From: Mayamaea pseudoterrestris
Lineage: Eukaryota
Direction: 5' to 3'
Assembly (NCBI GenBank): GCA_027923505.1
Contig: BROI01000003.1
Coordinates: 558,001-622,000 of the forward strand
Length of the DNA: 64,000 bases
This document shows positions 8,422 to 19,182 of this stretch, one piece after another. Numbering within the stretch: the first letter of the stretch is position 1; each line of letters starts with the position of its first letter. The notes below the pieces were generated by a model that did no database searches, was not told where the DNA came from, and saw nothing but the letters and a program-made list of their open reading frames with translations. The position numbers were made by a program, and so were the translations under genes.

Positions 8422-11340
8422 TTAAAACTCTGCGCATTGAACAACTGATTGCTGACTCTCAGTGCAAGTTTCGGGCTCCTTCAAATCAAATTCACTTGTA
8501 AAGTCATTTGCCGCAACCGGCAGGTCCACACAAGCAAAGCTCTCCGACTGGTTTAAGGGCACATCGGCACTTGATCCTGGCAGTACAACAGTCAAATCAC
8601 TAGAAGCGTCACTGAGTTCTTCTGGGCAAGTCGTCACAGCAGCAGACCCTGATTGCATCATGTCGACAGCTGAGTTAGCAACATCGACGTTGTGACCAGA
8701 GTCGCCAGACTGGTCTGTTTGTAGAGGCTCTTCGAAGACAAAGCCTTTTATCGGTGAAACCCCCGCTTGACCAACAGTTTCATTACTTGGTTGTCGAGGC
8801 TGCGGTCGCATTTCGGATCCGTAAAAGCGGAAAAAATAGTTTCCAACAGATGCCAGCTTGCCATGAGCAACTTGAGAAATTAGTTCAGCTGAAATATTAA
8901 GCGCTTTCCCAGCATCAACTAAGGATTGATACTTTGTAAGGACGGTCCCTGTTTCCAAACACAGCCTTTCCACTGGTTTTGAGCCTCCCGCAACACCACC
9001 TGATGCAGGTAGGATGTTTGAGCCCACGTAACGAAAGTAGAAGTCACCAACACGAGCACCACGGTAGACGCGACTAAGAGAGTTGCTGTCAAGCCCGAGC
9101 GCGTCGCATGCGGCCCTAGACGATGGATATGTTGCTGCGACTGTATCCGTGAGTAAACAAACCCTTTCGACAGGCTTCGACTGTACTTTCGGTTTCTTGG
9201 GTTGAGGTAATTGCGTGGCAGTCTTTGGCGTCGGCGTACCCAATTTCAACGTTAGCCCATCCACAGGCATCGACCGAACAATTCGCGTATTCAGTTGATT
9301 AATTGGCGTCGGCATACTCACACCTGACGTTGATACATCGACAGGTATTGACGGTACAGGCATACATTCCGATTGACTTGATTGCGAGGCAGCATTTACC
9401 GTTACCATGTCACCATCCAAGGTTGGCTCAGCAGTTTGTGCACCAGCGGTGAAATGTGGCGGAAGGCGCTTCGATCCTTTAAAGCGAAAAAAGTAATCGC
9501 CAGCTGATTCGCCTTGACCTCGAGCAGCACGACGAATATCATTAATCTTCAATCTAGTAGATCTAGCAGCTTGTGTTAATGAGTCGTAACGACCCAACAC
9601 TTCTCCAGTTGCGAGACTCAGCATTTCAACAGGACGAGGGAAACCATTCGGTACAAACGTCAAATCTTCTTCGAGCATATCAATTTGCGCATCGCCGGTG
9701 GGGACACTTGAACTATTGTAGCGAAAGAAGAAACCGCCAGCCGAATTGACTTTTGCTTGGAGAACGTCATATATTTTGCTTCGAGATATCTTGAGTTGCC
9801 TTGCGGCATCGGAGATGGATCCGTAGCCATCAATTACATCGCCGGTCTTTATACAAAGTCTTTCAATGGATCTTGCGCCTGCTGGATGCAGGTTGCGGCT
9901 AGCCGATGCTGTACTTTCACCCTTCACTTCAGAAACGTTATAGACCTTTCCATCGTGGAAGTCCCATGAGTACCCCGCAACTATCTTGTTTACTTTCGTG
10001 GCTGCCATGCAAGCATCTACAATCAGTCGTGCAGTAATGTCAAGCGATAAGACTCGCGTAGCCATACTAGCCGACGGAAACGTGTTTGTTATGCCAGTCG
10101 ATAAATCTGTGCATGCAACATCACGAAAAGCTTCCGGCAGGGTCTTTCGGTTATACAAATGGGGTCTGCTGCTAATAGGAAATTTGCACGCCGGACAGAA
10201 AAAGCTTTTTTGACACTGCTCCATGACGCATGTCCGGCAGAAGGTATGACAACACACGAGACTCCTGGGCGATTCCATAACGTCTCGTTTGCAAAAGGGG
10301 CAGGAATCTCCAAGCTTGCCCACCGAAACTGCGGAGACTTCGGATGGAACTGGAGACCCGGCATCCCTATTTGAACTAGCGCGCGAAGCTAACGGTGCAA
10401 CAACCTTCTTTCGTGAGCGTGTTGATGCCGAACGCTTCCTTGGAGCGATGGTTGCAGCTGGCAATGACACAGAAGTGGTCTTTTGTTTCTTGGCGTTTGC
10501 GGTAGTCGTTTTTGCCGGCAGGGTTCGCTTCATTGATCCGTCCGCCGACGCGCCTCGCTTCCGCTTTACAGTAGCATTGCTGTCGACGCGCGGCTTGCCC
10601 TTTGCCTCGTGCTGCGCCTTTTGATTCTTTTCTGCTTTGCTCGAGTCTGCGTTGCCCAGCAGTTTGACATCTGTCAATGCCAAATTGACGTCAATTTTGT
10701 CGCCATCGTCAAACAGAATTTTCATCTTGCCCTTTGTATTGACAACGCCAGTCACAACCGTTCCATCGTAGAATTTTCCTCCGTCACTGTCGTGAAAAAA
10801 GACTGCAATGCGAGTACCAGCTGTGATTCTAGTCATATCTAGCTCTTTCCCGTGAACGTAGCTTCCATCGTCCGAAGACGTCCTGACGCTCTCTTCGTCA
10901 TCGTCAAGCAATCGAAACTTTTCCTCAAACAAGCACTCCCAAGTTTCCCCCTTGGTGTCATACTTGATGAGGTACTCATTGGCTTTTCCAAGCTCAATCT
11001 TTTGAACAGTCCCAGCAAACCATTCAGCGTATGGCGTCCAGTAAATCTCGACCCGACTGCCAACCTTGACACGAGCGAGGAGTAATCGTTGTTCCTCTTG
11101 TTCCTTCGCTTCGGCCGTCCCAGCTGGATAAAGAACCCTATATATTTTGGTTGACAACACGATCCAGTCTCGATATCCATTGTCGTAGAGGATTCGCCAC
11201 TGCTTCCCATCGTCGCGATTGTTTACCAACGTGCCTTTGACGTACTCTTGTTGCTCGGGCCACCACACCTCCAGCCGAGTTTTACCCGATTCAAACATGG
11301 GCCCCTTTCGCTCCTTACGTTCGTCCACGGATCGACTCAT
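8422..11340 (-). CDS. Tudor-like x3 + C3HC4 RING + NUMOD1/IENR1-like repeat x5 protein
   Basis: 972-aa ORF; three GxR(L/V/I)xV(W/Y/F)(W/F)...GT(V/L) units; CPFC..CCHTFCRTC..CPAC; five (K/R)xVERLCLxTG..YxS..AA....GxYFFR(F/Y)-type units. Confidence 0.8.
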   Translation of the reverse strand: MSRSVDERKERKGPMFESGKTRLEVWWPEQQEYVKGTLVNNRDDGKQWRILYDNGYRDWIVLSTKIYRVLYPAGTAEAKEQEEQRLLLARVKVGSRVEIYWTPYAEWFAGTVQKIELGKANEYLIKYDTKGETWECLFEEKFRLLDDDEESVRTSSDDGSYVHGKELDMTRITAGTRIAVFFHDSDGGKFYDGTVVTGVVNTKGKMKILFDDGDKIDVNLALTDVKLLGNADSSKAEKNQKAQHEAKGKPRVDSNATVKRKRGASADGSMKRTLPAKTTTANAKKQKTTSVSLPAATIAPRKRSASTRSRKKVVAPLASRASSNRDAGSPVPSEVSAVSVGKLGDSCPFCKRDVMESPRSLVCCHTFCRTCVMEQCQKSFFCPACKFPISSRPHLYNRKTLPEAFRDVACTDLSTGITNTFPSASMATRVLSLDITARLIVDACMAATKVNKIVAGYSWDFHDGKVYNVSEVKGESTASASRNLHPAGARSIERLCIKTGDVIDGYGSISDAARQLKISRSKIYDVLQAKVNSAGGFFFRYNSSSVPTGDAQIDMLEEDLTFVPNGFPRPVEMLSLATGEVLGRYDSLTQAARSTRLKINDIRRAARGQGESAGDYFFRFKGSKRLPPHFTAGAQTAEPTLDGDMVTVNAASQSSQSECMPVPSIPVDVSTSGVSMPTPINQLNTRIVRSMPVDGLTLKLGTPTPKTATQLPQPKKPKVQSKPVERVCLLTDTVAATYPSSRAACDALGLDSNSLSRVYRGARVGDFYFRYVGSNILPASGGVAGGSKPVERLCLETGTVLTKYQSLVDAGKALNISAELISQVAHGKLASVGNYFFRFYGSEMRPQPRQPSNETVGQAGVSPIKGFVFEEPLQTDQSGDSGHNVDVANSAVDMMQSGSAAVTTCPEELSDASSDLTVVLPGSSADVPLNQSESFACVDLPVAANDFTSEFDLKEPETCTESQQSVVQCAEF

Positions 11341-11659
11341 TTGATGTTACAACGAGAGTTGCTCAAAGCAAAACGAGCGAATTGTAGGCAAAAGCCGATC
11401 AAAACCCACGCGATGGAAGAGGGCTCGCATTTCCTCGTGCTCGTCAAGGCGTCACGCTCGTGGTTGTCCGGCGCACTCACATGCATTCGATGGTACGCTT
11501 TGAATTATGCCAAATCATTTTGAGAGTCGCTATGGAGTAGTTTTGGTGCCCGTACGACTTCACGAGGGGCGGCACGAAAGTCCGTTTCCATCACTCCATC
11601 AGTTGAGGTATTCACGTCGACAACTATATACTTTTGTTACCGGTACGCTTGTATGAACA

Positions 11660-12480
11660 ATGTCGACAACTTATGAAGACTATGAGCGAGTAAGTTGACT
11701 TGAAGTGATGCCTTTAAAGAGATGAAATCGAAGTGTGGAAAGGTTGCGACGAGCGAGATATACTTGTACAAGTGACAAGAAACACAAGAACAACACGATA
11801 ATAACCAATCATTATACACTTTCTTTTTATGATCAAAGGAGTACCACGACATTCTCGCGCGCATTCGCAACTTTTTAGCGGGTGCACGAAATTATGCGAC
11901 TCTACAGGAAGCTCAGAGCATGTTGAACGAAGCCAAACGTTGCGCGACGGCCATGCAAGGCCTTGCCGAGGTGGAAGGGAACTCGCTACGCGTCCAGGAA
12001 AGCAGAAATTTGCTGCAGCGAGATATTGGTCCCTTGTCAAGAGAGGTACAGCGGCAGCTGAACGAGTGTCAAACTCAGGAACTCATGGGAGGAACGACCA
12101 TGTCATCAAGCGGCGGAGGAGGCTATCAGCCTCCTGATTTGGAATCAAACTACACGGACATGGATAGCTTGATTCGGTCAAGTGAAGACTTGCTACGGGA
12201 GTCCCATTCTATTATGTATGAGACGGAGCATATTGGAAATACGACTCTTTTGCAAATGGGCCGACAGCGCGAGCAATTGGAGAATACAAATCGTCACCTG
12301 CAAGCTGTGCGCCAGGTGGCCGAGCAAGCGAAGAATATCTTGACAGGCCTTGGTCGTCGAGCTTTGAAGAACAAAATCGCTTTGTACTGCATGATTGCGC
12401 TATTGGCATGGGCGAACCTCTATGTACTGCACTTAATCTACAAGAAGCCCCACAAAGGGAGCAGTGGCGGCAATCATTAA
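11660..12480 (+). CDS. Vti1-like Qb-SNARE, two exons (11660-11689, 11839-12480)
   Basis: MSTTYEDYER|EYHDIL joined across a GTAAGT...AAAG intron in frame; SNARE helix ETEHIGNTTLLQMGRQREQL; C-terminal TM anchor. Confidence 0.8.
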
Positions 12481-12769
12481 TCATGCCACTTGCTGTGCCT
12501 CTACGGCAACGCCGGGTATTTTAAGTGGCAAAAAGTATCAAGACATTTTTATTTTTCTATTTTTCACTGAAGCATGCTACCTTTTTGTTCATCGAGTAGA
12601 CTACCAGGTCGTGGTACAGTACTGTACCGTACATAGCTTGGACTGTCGCAATGAAAACCTGTGCGATGCGCATTGTGCCATCCATCTCGCGCGACGCTTT
12701 CCGACGCAACGATCGATAGTCAAAGCTCATGCAATCTTCGCCGCAAATGCTTTCATTTAACTTGACACT

Positions 12770-13933
12770 ATGGATCAGTCTCGTGTAAAATTGGAGAAGG
12801 TCTATGAGCAGCTAAAGCCGTATACTCCCGAATATGCTTTGCGCATCTCTCCTTGCATTTCCGACAAAGAAACACTGGCCTATCGCTGCAAATGTTCGTT
12901 CCAAATGCTTAGAAACAATGACGGACGTTTTGATTTCGCTGTTCGAAGACAGGGAATACCTGTGATCATTGATGATTTTCCTGTGGCAAATGAGCGCATC
13001 CAACGAGTCATGAAAGGTTTCATCTCAATGCTTAACGACGACGCTTCAATCGACACAGTCTTTCGAAATAACCTCTCGAGCATCACATTCTCAAGTTCTT
13101 GGAGTAACGAAGGAGACTGCGTAGTGACTTGCAACTACGACAATCTGATACTAGATCTCGTCCGATGGAAACAACAAGCTTTAAAAGTGTGTCACGAGCT
13201 TGATCTGTCACAGTTACTTTGTCGCTCACGAAAATGTGTCTTGTCAGCCTTTGAACACGAGGCCATTCTGCGAGACCGAATTTTCATTGAAGTTGCTGGC
13301 CATGACGACGACGAGTGGAAAGTCTTGGTTGGCGATGCTGGTCAAATCGGTCGAGGAATCCCCGTGGACTACGAAAAGCCAGAGTCTGCCTTTTACCATC
13401 CCAATGTTCGGGCAATGCTGAAGGCACTACAATGGCAACTTGACCAAATGTCGCGCATCAGTCGTCAGATTTCAACTCGCAAGCTAAGACTACTTGAGCT
13501 ATACTGCGGATGTGGCGCCCATACAGTTGCGCTAGCCAAGTCTGGCATGTTCGAGTCAATTGTTGCCGTCGAGCTGGATCAGCGATTGGTGGAGAAGGCT
13601 AGACGAAATGTTCAACTGAATGAGCTCGAGAACATATCAATTGTGTCAAATGATGCAGCTCTTTGGGCTGAGAAAAACTCGAATGCCTTGTTTGACGTGA
13701 TCCTCGTCGATCCTCCCAGGCAAGGCCTCGCAGCAAGCGTTTGTAAAATGGTCATTAATGCATCCACTTGTGACAACATGCTATACATTTCTTGTGGATG
13801 CGAGGCGCTGGTATGTGACCTTCAGATATTGGCCACGGCTTTTGATGTTGTCGACTGCACGATCGTGGATTTATTTCCGACCATGAAGGGTGTCGAGTCT
13901 TTAGTGCATTTACACCGACGCAAAACTATCTGA
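12770..13933 (+). CDS. RNA (uracil-5)-methyltransferase, TrmA/TRM2/RlmD family
   Basis: YRCK, ELYCGCG SAM motif, DPPR, YISC catalytic Cys, DLFP..VE. Confidence 0.85.
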   Translation: MDQSRVKLEKVYEQLKPYTPEYALRISPCISDKETLAYRCKCSFQMLRNNDGRFDFAVRRQGIPVIIDDFPVANERIQRVMKGFISMLNDDASIDTVFRNNLSSITFSSSWSNEGDCVVTCNYDNLILDLVRWKQQALKVCHELDLSQLLCRSRKCVLSAFEHEAILRDRIFIEVAGHDDDEWKVLVGDAGQIGRGIPVDYEKPESAFYHPNVRAMLKALQWQLDQMSRISRQISTRKLRLLELYCGCGAHTVALAKSGMFESIVAVELDQRLVEKARRNVQLNELENISIVSNDAALWAEKNSNALFDVILVDPPRQGLAASVCKMVINASTCDNMLYISCGCEALVCDLQILATAFDVVDCTIVDLFPTMKGVESLVHLHRRKTI

Positions 13934-14039
13934 GTTGGTCCTTACATATTTGAGCTATCTAAGCGAATGATCGCATCGAGCGCGCAGTACAAAGGACAGT
14001 TAGATAATAATTTGTACTGGTCTGCGCAATCACTTAGAT

Positions 14040-15617
14040 TTATTTTGTAAAATTGCCCAATCTTGTCAACCATCTTCCAACGTCGACCGAGTACTGTGCA
14101 AGATAGGCGTCCTTTGACTGCTTGTAGTTGCGAACTTTAAGCGTGTGGTGAGGAGCAATGGTAACTTTGGCGCTGACTATCATTTGAGCGGCTTTACCAT
14201 CGAAGTGCAGGTCGAGGAGTTGAGCATTGTGCCCCAAATCCAACGAAATGGCTGGCAACACGGGGACAAACATTCCAAATCCTGGATTGAGCGAGATTTC
14301 GAGCCCTGGAAATGTGAGCACGTGACCTCGACTTGTGAATCCAAGGCCGGAGCGAACCTCAAACTCAAGGATCTTGCCGAAAACAGTCTTGGCCGCGCCC
14401 CGGCAGGATATTTTGCCGTTGGGAAGGATAACAATAGTGTCAATACTGATTCGAACAGCCTTGGTGCCACGAAGTTTAAGAATACGAGCAAGTAGATTCT
14501 TGAGTCCGTTTCGTATACACCGGGAATCGACAAGATCCTCCTGTGTGAAAGTTATATTGCGCCCGTGAAACTCGAACTGATTTAAGTAACGGTGCCCTCG
14601 GATGGGAATTGGGCTGGGAGTGAGTGACCATAAACCCAAATTTAGTCGACTGACTTCGATCCGCCCCTTGTGCATTTGGATTGCTCCAAATACAATGCGA
14701 TCAAAATCAACACTTGCGTCACAAGCAAATCGTCCCTGCACCAGGTCCAGCGTATTGCTTTGTGGGTGACAATTGACGCGCAGGTTGACATGTGACCCTT
14801 GCGACCACCGATCAAGGAGGCCTACTAAAATGTTTTGCACCCATGGGCGTGTTATTCTCACAAAAGGCGAGCCGCCTTCGACTGTAGACTCGACTGGGCT
14901 GGAGGAGGCGGCTGACAGTTGAGTCGTCGTGAGCTGTGCTATCTCAGCATCAAGAGCACTGGCTATCATGCCGGATGACTCTTTATTGATCGACATTGGA
15001 TCAGCAGCGGCGAACGAATTTATTTGATAAACCGGTAGATCTTTCACCGAACAAACAATCGAAGCAGACGTTGCTTCAACTTGTTGAGACGTTTGGCCGT
15101 TTCGCGCAGTCATAGGATGTAGTGACATGTGCATGCTTTCAACCGAATCATTCGCGGGAACAGAGGTTGGATCTACCGGTAGAGTATTTCCAAAGGTCAA
15201 GATATCCAATTTATGCGACAAGTTGTGCCGCAATCGGCTTTCCTGTTCCTTCGTCAAATCAAACGGCCGACCCATCAAATTCAAAGCTTGCTGCAAATCT
15301 ACTAGCTCTTGGTGAGCAACAGCAGCACTCATTTCAAGTCCTTTTCGTCGGCTCCGTCGTCGAAAGACTTTTCGTAAAACACGCTGATGCCATCCCGTCG
15401 AGTCTGGGGATGACTGGTGATAGTCCTGACCACTGCCATCGGCAATGGCTGCCGCCATGTGATGACTTGTCGTTGTTCGTCGGATTAAAGCATTCGTTCG
15501 ACGATTTCTTGCGCCAGTGGTTCCGCCAGATGTTGGTGGAACAATCGTCCAACTGCTAGACGGACAAGCAAGCAAAACTGCGGCTGCTGTAGTGGCTGCG
15601 ATCCGCTTGATAGTCAT
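14040..15617 (-). CDS. Signal-peptide protein with possible DUF2993/LmeA-like C-terminal domain
   Basis: Long ORF; likely start MTIKRIAATTAAAVLLAC; C-terminal beta-rich region (LVQGRF...ITFTQEDL) resembles DUF2993; family call tentative. Confidence 0.5.
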   Translation of the reverse strand: MTIKRIAATTAAAVLLACPSSSWTIVPPTSGGTTGARNRRTNALIRRTTTSHHMAAAIADGSGQDYHQSSPDSTGWHQRVLRKVFRRRSRRKGLEMSAAVAHQELVDLQQALNLMGRPFDLTKEQESRLRHNLSHKLDILTFGNTLPVDPTSVPANDSVESMHMSLHPMTARNGQTSQQVEATSASIVCSVKDLPVYQINSFAAADPMSINKESSGMIASALDAEIAQLTTTQLSAASSSPVESTVEGGSPFVRITRPWVQNILVGLLDRWSQGSHVNLRVNCHPQSNTLDLVQGRFACDASVDFDRIVFGAIQMHKGRIEVSRLNLGLWSLTPSPIPIRGHRYLNQFEFHGRNITFTQEDLVDSRCIRNGLKNLLARILKLRGTKAVRISIDTIVILPNGKISCRGAAKTVFGKILEFEVRSGLGFTSRGHVLTFPGLEISLNPGFGMFVPVLPAISLDLGHNAQLLDLHFDGKAAQMIVSAKVTIAPHHTLKVRNYKQSKDAYLAQYSVDVGRWLTRLGNFTK

Positions 15618-16408
15618 GGTGAGGAAGCCGATGTTGTGTGATGGATGACGAAAGTGCTCGTGGAGAACAAGGAAAAGCGTTCCGAAGTTCGATTGGCCGT
15701 CTGCTTCTTGGCGCCAAAATTTTTGCCCAATGAGAAACGTCCAAATGTGGCTGACGCGTCGGGTGCAACCACCGCCGTTGCTTCGGGCTTGGTCCAACGA
15801 AAGCCGTCGACGACACGAGCGCAGACAAGAGAAAGAGAAGCGAAGGCGAAGAGAGATAATCGACTGAACGAGGAATTGCTCTTGACTTCATGAACGGCTT
15901 CCGTCACGCAGTTCAAATGAATGAGGCGAAAGATCGGACGACGATGGAGGGAGAATCACAACCATGAAACCGCGCCGGTAAAGTAGGCGAGAGCCGATAC
16001 GACACGAAAAAGAATGGCAGCAGGTGGCAGCTGGAGTACCGTTAGATAACGTAGCGACAGCATTCAACTACCGTGACGAAACGAACTACTTTACTCTATT
16101 GGTTGTCACTTACTACAATAGCTTCTACTCTTTAAACGGGTTTGTTATCTCGATCACTTTGCATCTACCCGCGGCAGATGCACAAACATTTTGATACAGG
16201 CTAGGCAGTTTATTTCAGCGTGCAGAGGCACAATGTCGAACGCCCCTCCGGTATAGAAGCGCTTCGTCATGCCTATTACTACTCTCACCGCAACAAATTT
16301 ACTGATAAGCAAACTCCACTGCAGCAATGTGGCAGTTGTAAACAAGCCATGGGCTCATACTCCTTGCCATGTGTGAAGGACACGTCTCGAAACGACGCTC
16401 GTTTGTTG

Positions 16409-16975
16409 TCAATGTTCTTTCACTGCATCCCATGCGGACGCAACGCCAAAATTGGCACTCCCACGACCGGAAACATCGTCGGCTTTCATTCCGAAAGCAT
16501 CCAGTAGAAACAATATACAGGCCACAAAGACCACTATCACCATCAGCATCATACTCGCTTGCACATGCGGAGCATCTTCGACGGTCCATTTGTAGTCGAT
16601 GGAAAAATAGGTTGGTTGGTCCTTGTTGTACACGGGATACTGATTGGAAACACTTTGAACAGATCCCGCTCGGCTGTAGATAAAATCAACTTGTAGCGAC
16701 TGTAGATACTCTTGATTGTTGTTTCGGAGTGGAGTGCGAGGGATGGTCCAGAGTCCGTCTTCAAAGGTCATGGCAAACGTTTCTGATTTTTCAGCCGTCG
16801 AGCTAAACAGAAATTGAGCAGAGCTGGTCATGCCAAACAGTGGCCTTTGGCTGCGAAGAGCGTCGGAGATGTCTGCATCAAGTCGAATGTCAGTGTCGAT
16901 GGCTTCACCGACGCGATAGGCGTGGACGTGGACTGCCATGCTAACTGCAGTAATCAGCCACATCAGTGCTTTCAT
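16409..16975 (-). CDS. Uncharacterised type I membrane protein
   Basis: Signal peptide MKALMWLITAVSMAVHVHA and C-terminal TM MMLMVIVVFVACILFLL. Confidence 0.7.
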   Translation of the reverse strand: MKALMWLITAVSMAVHVHAYRVGEAIDTDIRLDADISDALRSQRPLFGMTSSAQFLFSSTAEKSETFAMTFEDGLWTIPRTPLRNNNQEYLQSLQVDFIYSRAGSVQSVSNQYPVYNKDQPTYFSIDYKWTVEDAPHVQASMMLMVIVVFVACILFLLDAFGMKADDVSGRGSANFGVASAWDAVKEH

Positions 16976-17120
16976 ATTTAGGTGAAACTCTATTGCGCGT
17001 ATCTTCATTCGTATGCAGACTGCATCGTCTCTGCTCGCTATATTTACGGTCCAACTCGTCGCCAAGGCTATCGAAACGAAAGGCGCGAGGATTCTCAGGC
17101 GGGACTGTGGAGTAAACAGT

Positions 17121-17246
17121 AGTGCCAAAAACTTTGAAAAATATCAAAAGTATTGGCACTGTACGTTGAAGAGTACTACAAAAATTAAAGTTTTTGGCAC
17201 TGTTCTACAAAGAGTAGTGCCAATAACTTTGATTTTCAAAGTTATT
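17121..17246. repeat. Cluster of inverted AGTGCCAA(A/T)(A)ACTTT motifs
   Basis: Copies at 17121-17135 (+), 17147-17160 (-), 17187-17201 (-), 17216-17230 (+), plus hairpin AATAACTTTGA-TTT-TCAAAGTTATT. Confidence 0.8.
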
Positions 17247-17589
17247 CGGTCTGACTCATGTCAGATCGGTCCCTTCCCCCTGCTGCTAGGTGAAAATTCC
17301 GGCGCGCAGAACACGTTTTCATTACAAGGTCTACACAAATTTCTACGCGGACACGGCTTCTCGGGACTCGATAACGGTCAACGGATCTCATCGGGATTCT
17401 ACCATGTAAGACGTACCGGTACTCATTCAAGGAACGACATCATGACCGGCGCTACACACTAAGGAGCATTAATGCATGCTAGCTAATTAACAAGCACGCT
17501 TATAAGCATATAAAAAACATATTTGGCAGCTCAAGGGGCATGCCATTTTATTGTGCCTACCTTAAAAATGCATGAAATTGGTTCATGTC

Positions 17590-18900
17590 CTCGTCACCAA
17601 GCTTGTCATCCTCTGAGGCTCCCGCTCTGTCTTTAGCAATTGACCAAGTGGCTTGCCATCAAGTGAGCCATTGCCAAGTCCAGTGTGTCACCTACCTCAA
17701 GTCTCTTCCCCAGTGCAGCACCAAGCTTGTCACCCTCTGTGGCTACCAGTCTTCCCAGCACTTGCCCCAACAGCCTACCATCAAGCAAAGTGTGCCGTCA
17801 AGTGACCCAAGCCTAAAGCCTTGTGCACCACCTAGCGCAGGACCCAGTCTCCTCCCCAGTGCAGTACAAACTTTTCCCTCTCTTTAACTCACAGTTTGTC
17901 TCCAAGCAGTTGCTAAGTGTGCCATCAAGTCACCCAGGTGCCAAGCCCAGTGCATCACCTAGCTCAGGACCCAGTCTCCTTCCCAGTGCAGTACTCAACT
18001 TGTCCCCCTCTGTAACTCACAGTTTGTCACTAAGCAGTCACCCCTTGCTATCAAGCAGGCCTTCAAGTGAGAGCCTAAAGCCTTGTGCGCCACCTAGCGC
18101 AGGACCTAGTCGCCCTCCCAGTGCAGCACCAAGTTTGTTCCCCCTCTGCGGCTCCCAGTTTGTCTCCAAGAGTCACCAAGTGTGCCATCAAGTGACCCAA
18201 ATGCCAAACCCAGTGCATCACCTAGCGCAGGACCCAATCTCCTTCCAGTGCAGCATCAAGCTTGTCCCACACACTCACAGTTTGTCTCCAAGCACTTAAC
18301 CCAGCAGCTTGCCATCAAGTGTGCCATTATGTGATCCAAGCGCCAAGCCCAGTAGGTCGCCTAGCGCAGGACTCAGTCTCCTTCTAAGTGCAGTACCAAA
18401 CTTGTCCCCCACTGGGCCCAGTCATCCTTAATGCAGCATCAAGCTTGTCCTCCTCTGGTGTGTCTCCAAGCACTCAACCCAATAGTTTGCCATCAAGTGT
18501 GCCATCATGTGATATAAGCGCCAAACACCAAGCCCAGTGTGTCACCTAGCGCAGGACCCAGTCACCCTTGATGTAGCATCAAGCTTGTTCTCCTCTGGTT
18601 TGTCTCCAAGCACTCAAACCAGGACCTTGCCATAAAGTGTGCCATCGTGTGATCCAAGCACCAAGCCCAGTGTGTCACCTGGTGCAGGACCCAGTTTCCC
18701 TTGCGTGCACCATCAAGCTTGTCCCCCTCCGGTTTGTCTCCAAGCACTCAACCCAGCAGCTTGCCATCAAGTTTGCTGCCAAGTGATTTAAGTGCCAAGC
18801 CCAATGAGTCACCTAGCGCAGGACCTCCACTCTCCTTCCCAGTACAGCACCAAACATGTCACCCTCTGTGGCTCGCAGTTTGTCTCCAGGCACTTATTAT
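17590..18900 (+). repeat. Degenerate ~130-bp tandem array encoding a broken Pro/Ser-rich repeat
   Basis: CACCTAGCGCAGGACC-like anchor near 17829, 17956, 18091, 18219, 18358, 18543, 18676, 18810; PSAGPSLLPS peptides in shifting frames. Confidence 0.85.
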
Positions 18901-19182
18901 TATGCAGTCAGTTGGAGCAAGCCACCAGTAATTGTTTATTCTACCAAATAAAATACCATGCTTGCCTTGCCACTCATACTGCATGCGCACATGGAAGTGC
19001 CACGCAGTCCGGTCAGACCCCGGTCCCTCGGTGCAATTGGCATTGTACCACAAAGTGTACCTCATGGCAGAGTCACACCGTGTCTCATGGGTTGACCATC
19101 GTCGATTGTGGCACACCGCACCGCAGCGCCCCTTCTCTGCTGCCATTCTCGACCAACAACTACGGGTATACTTCCTTACATC

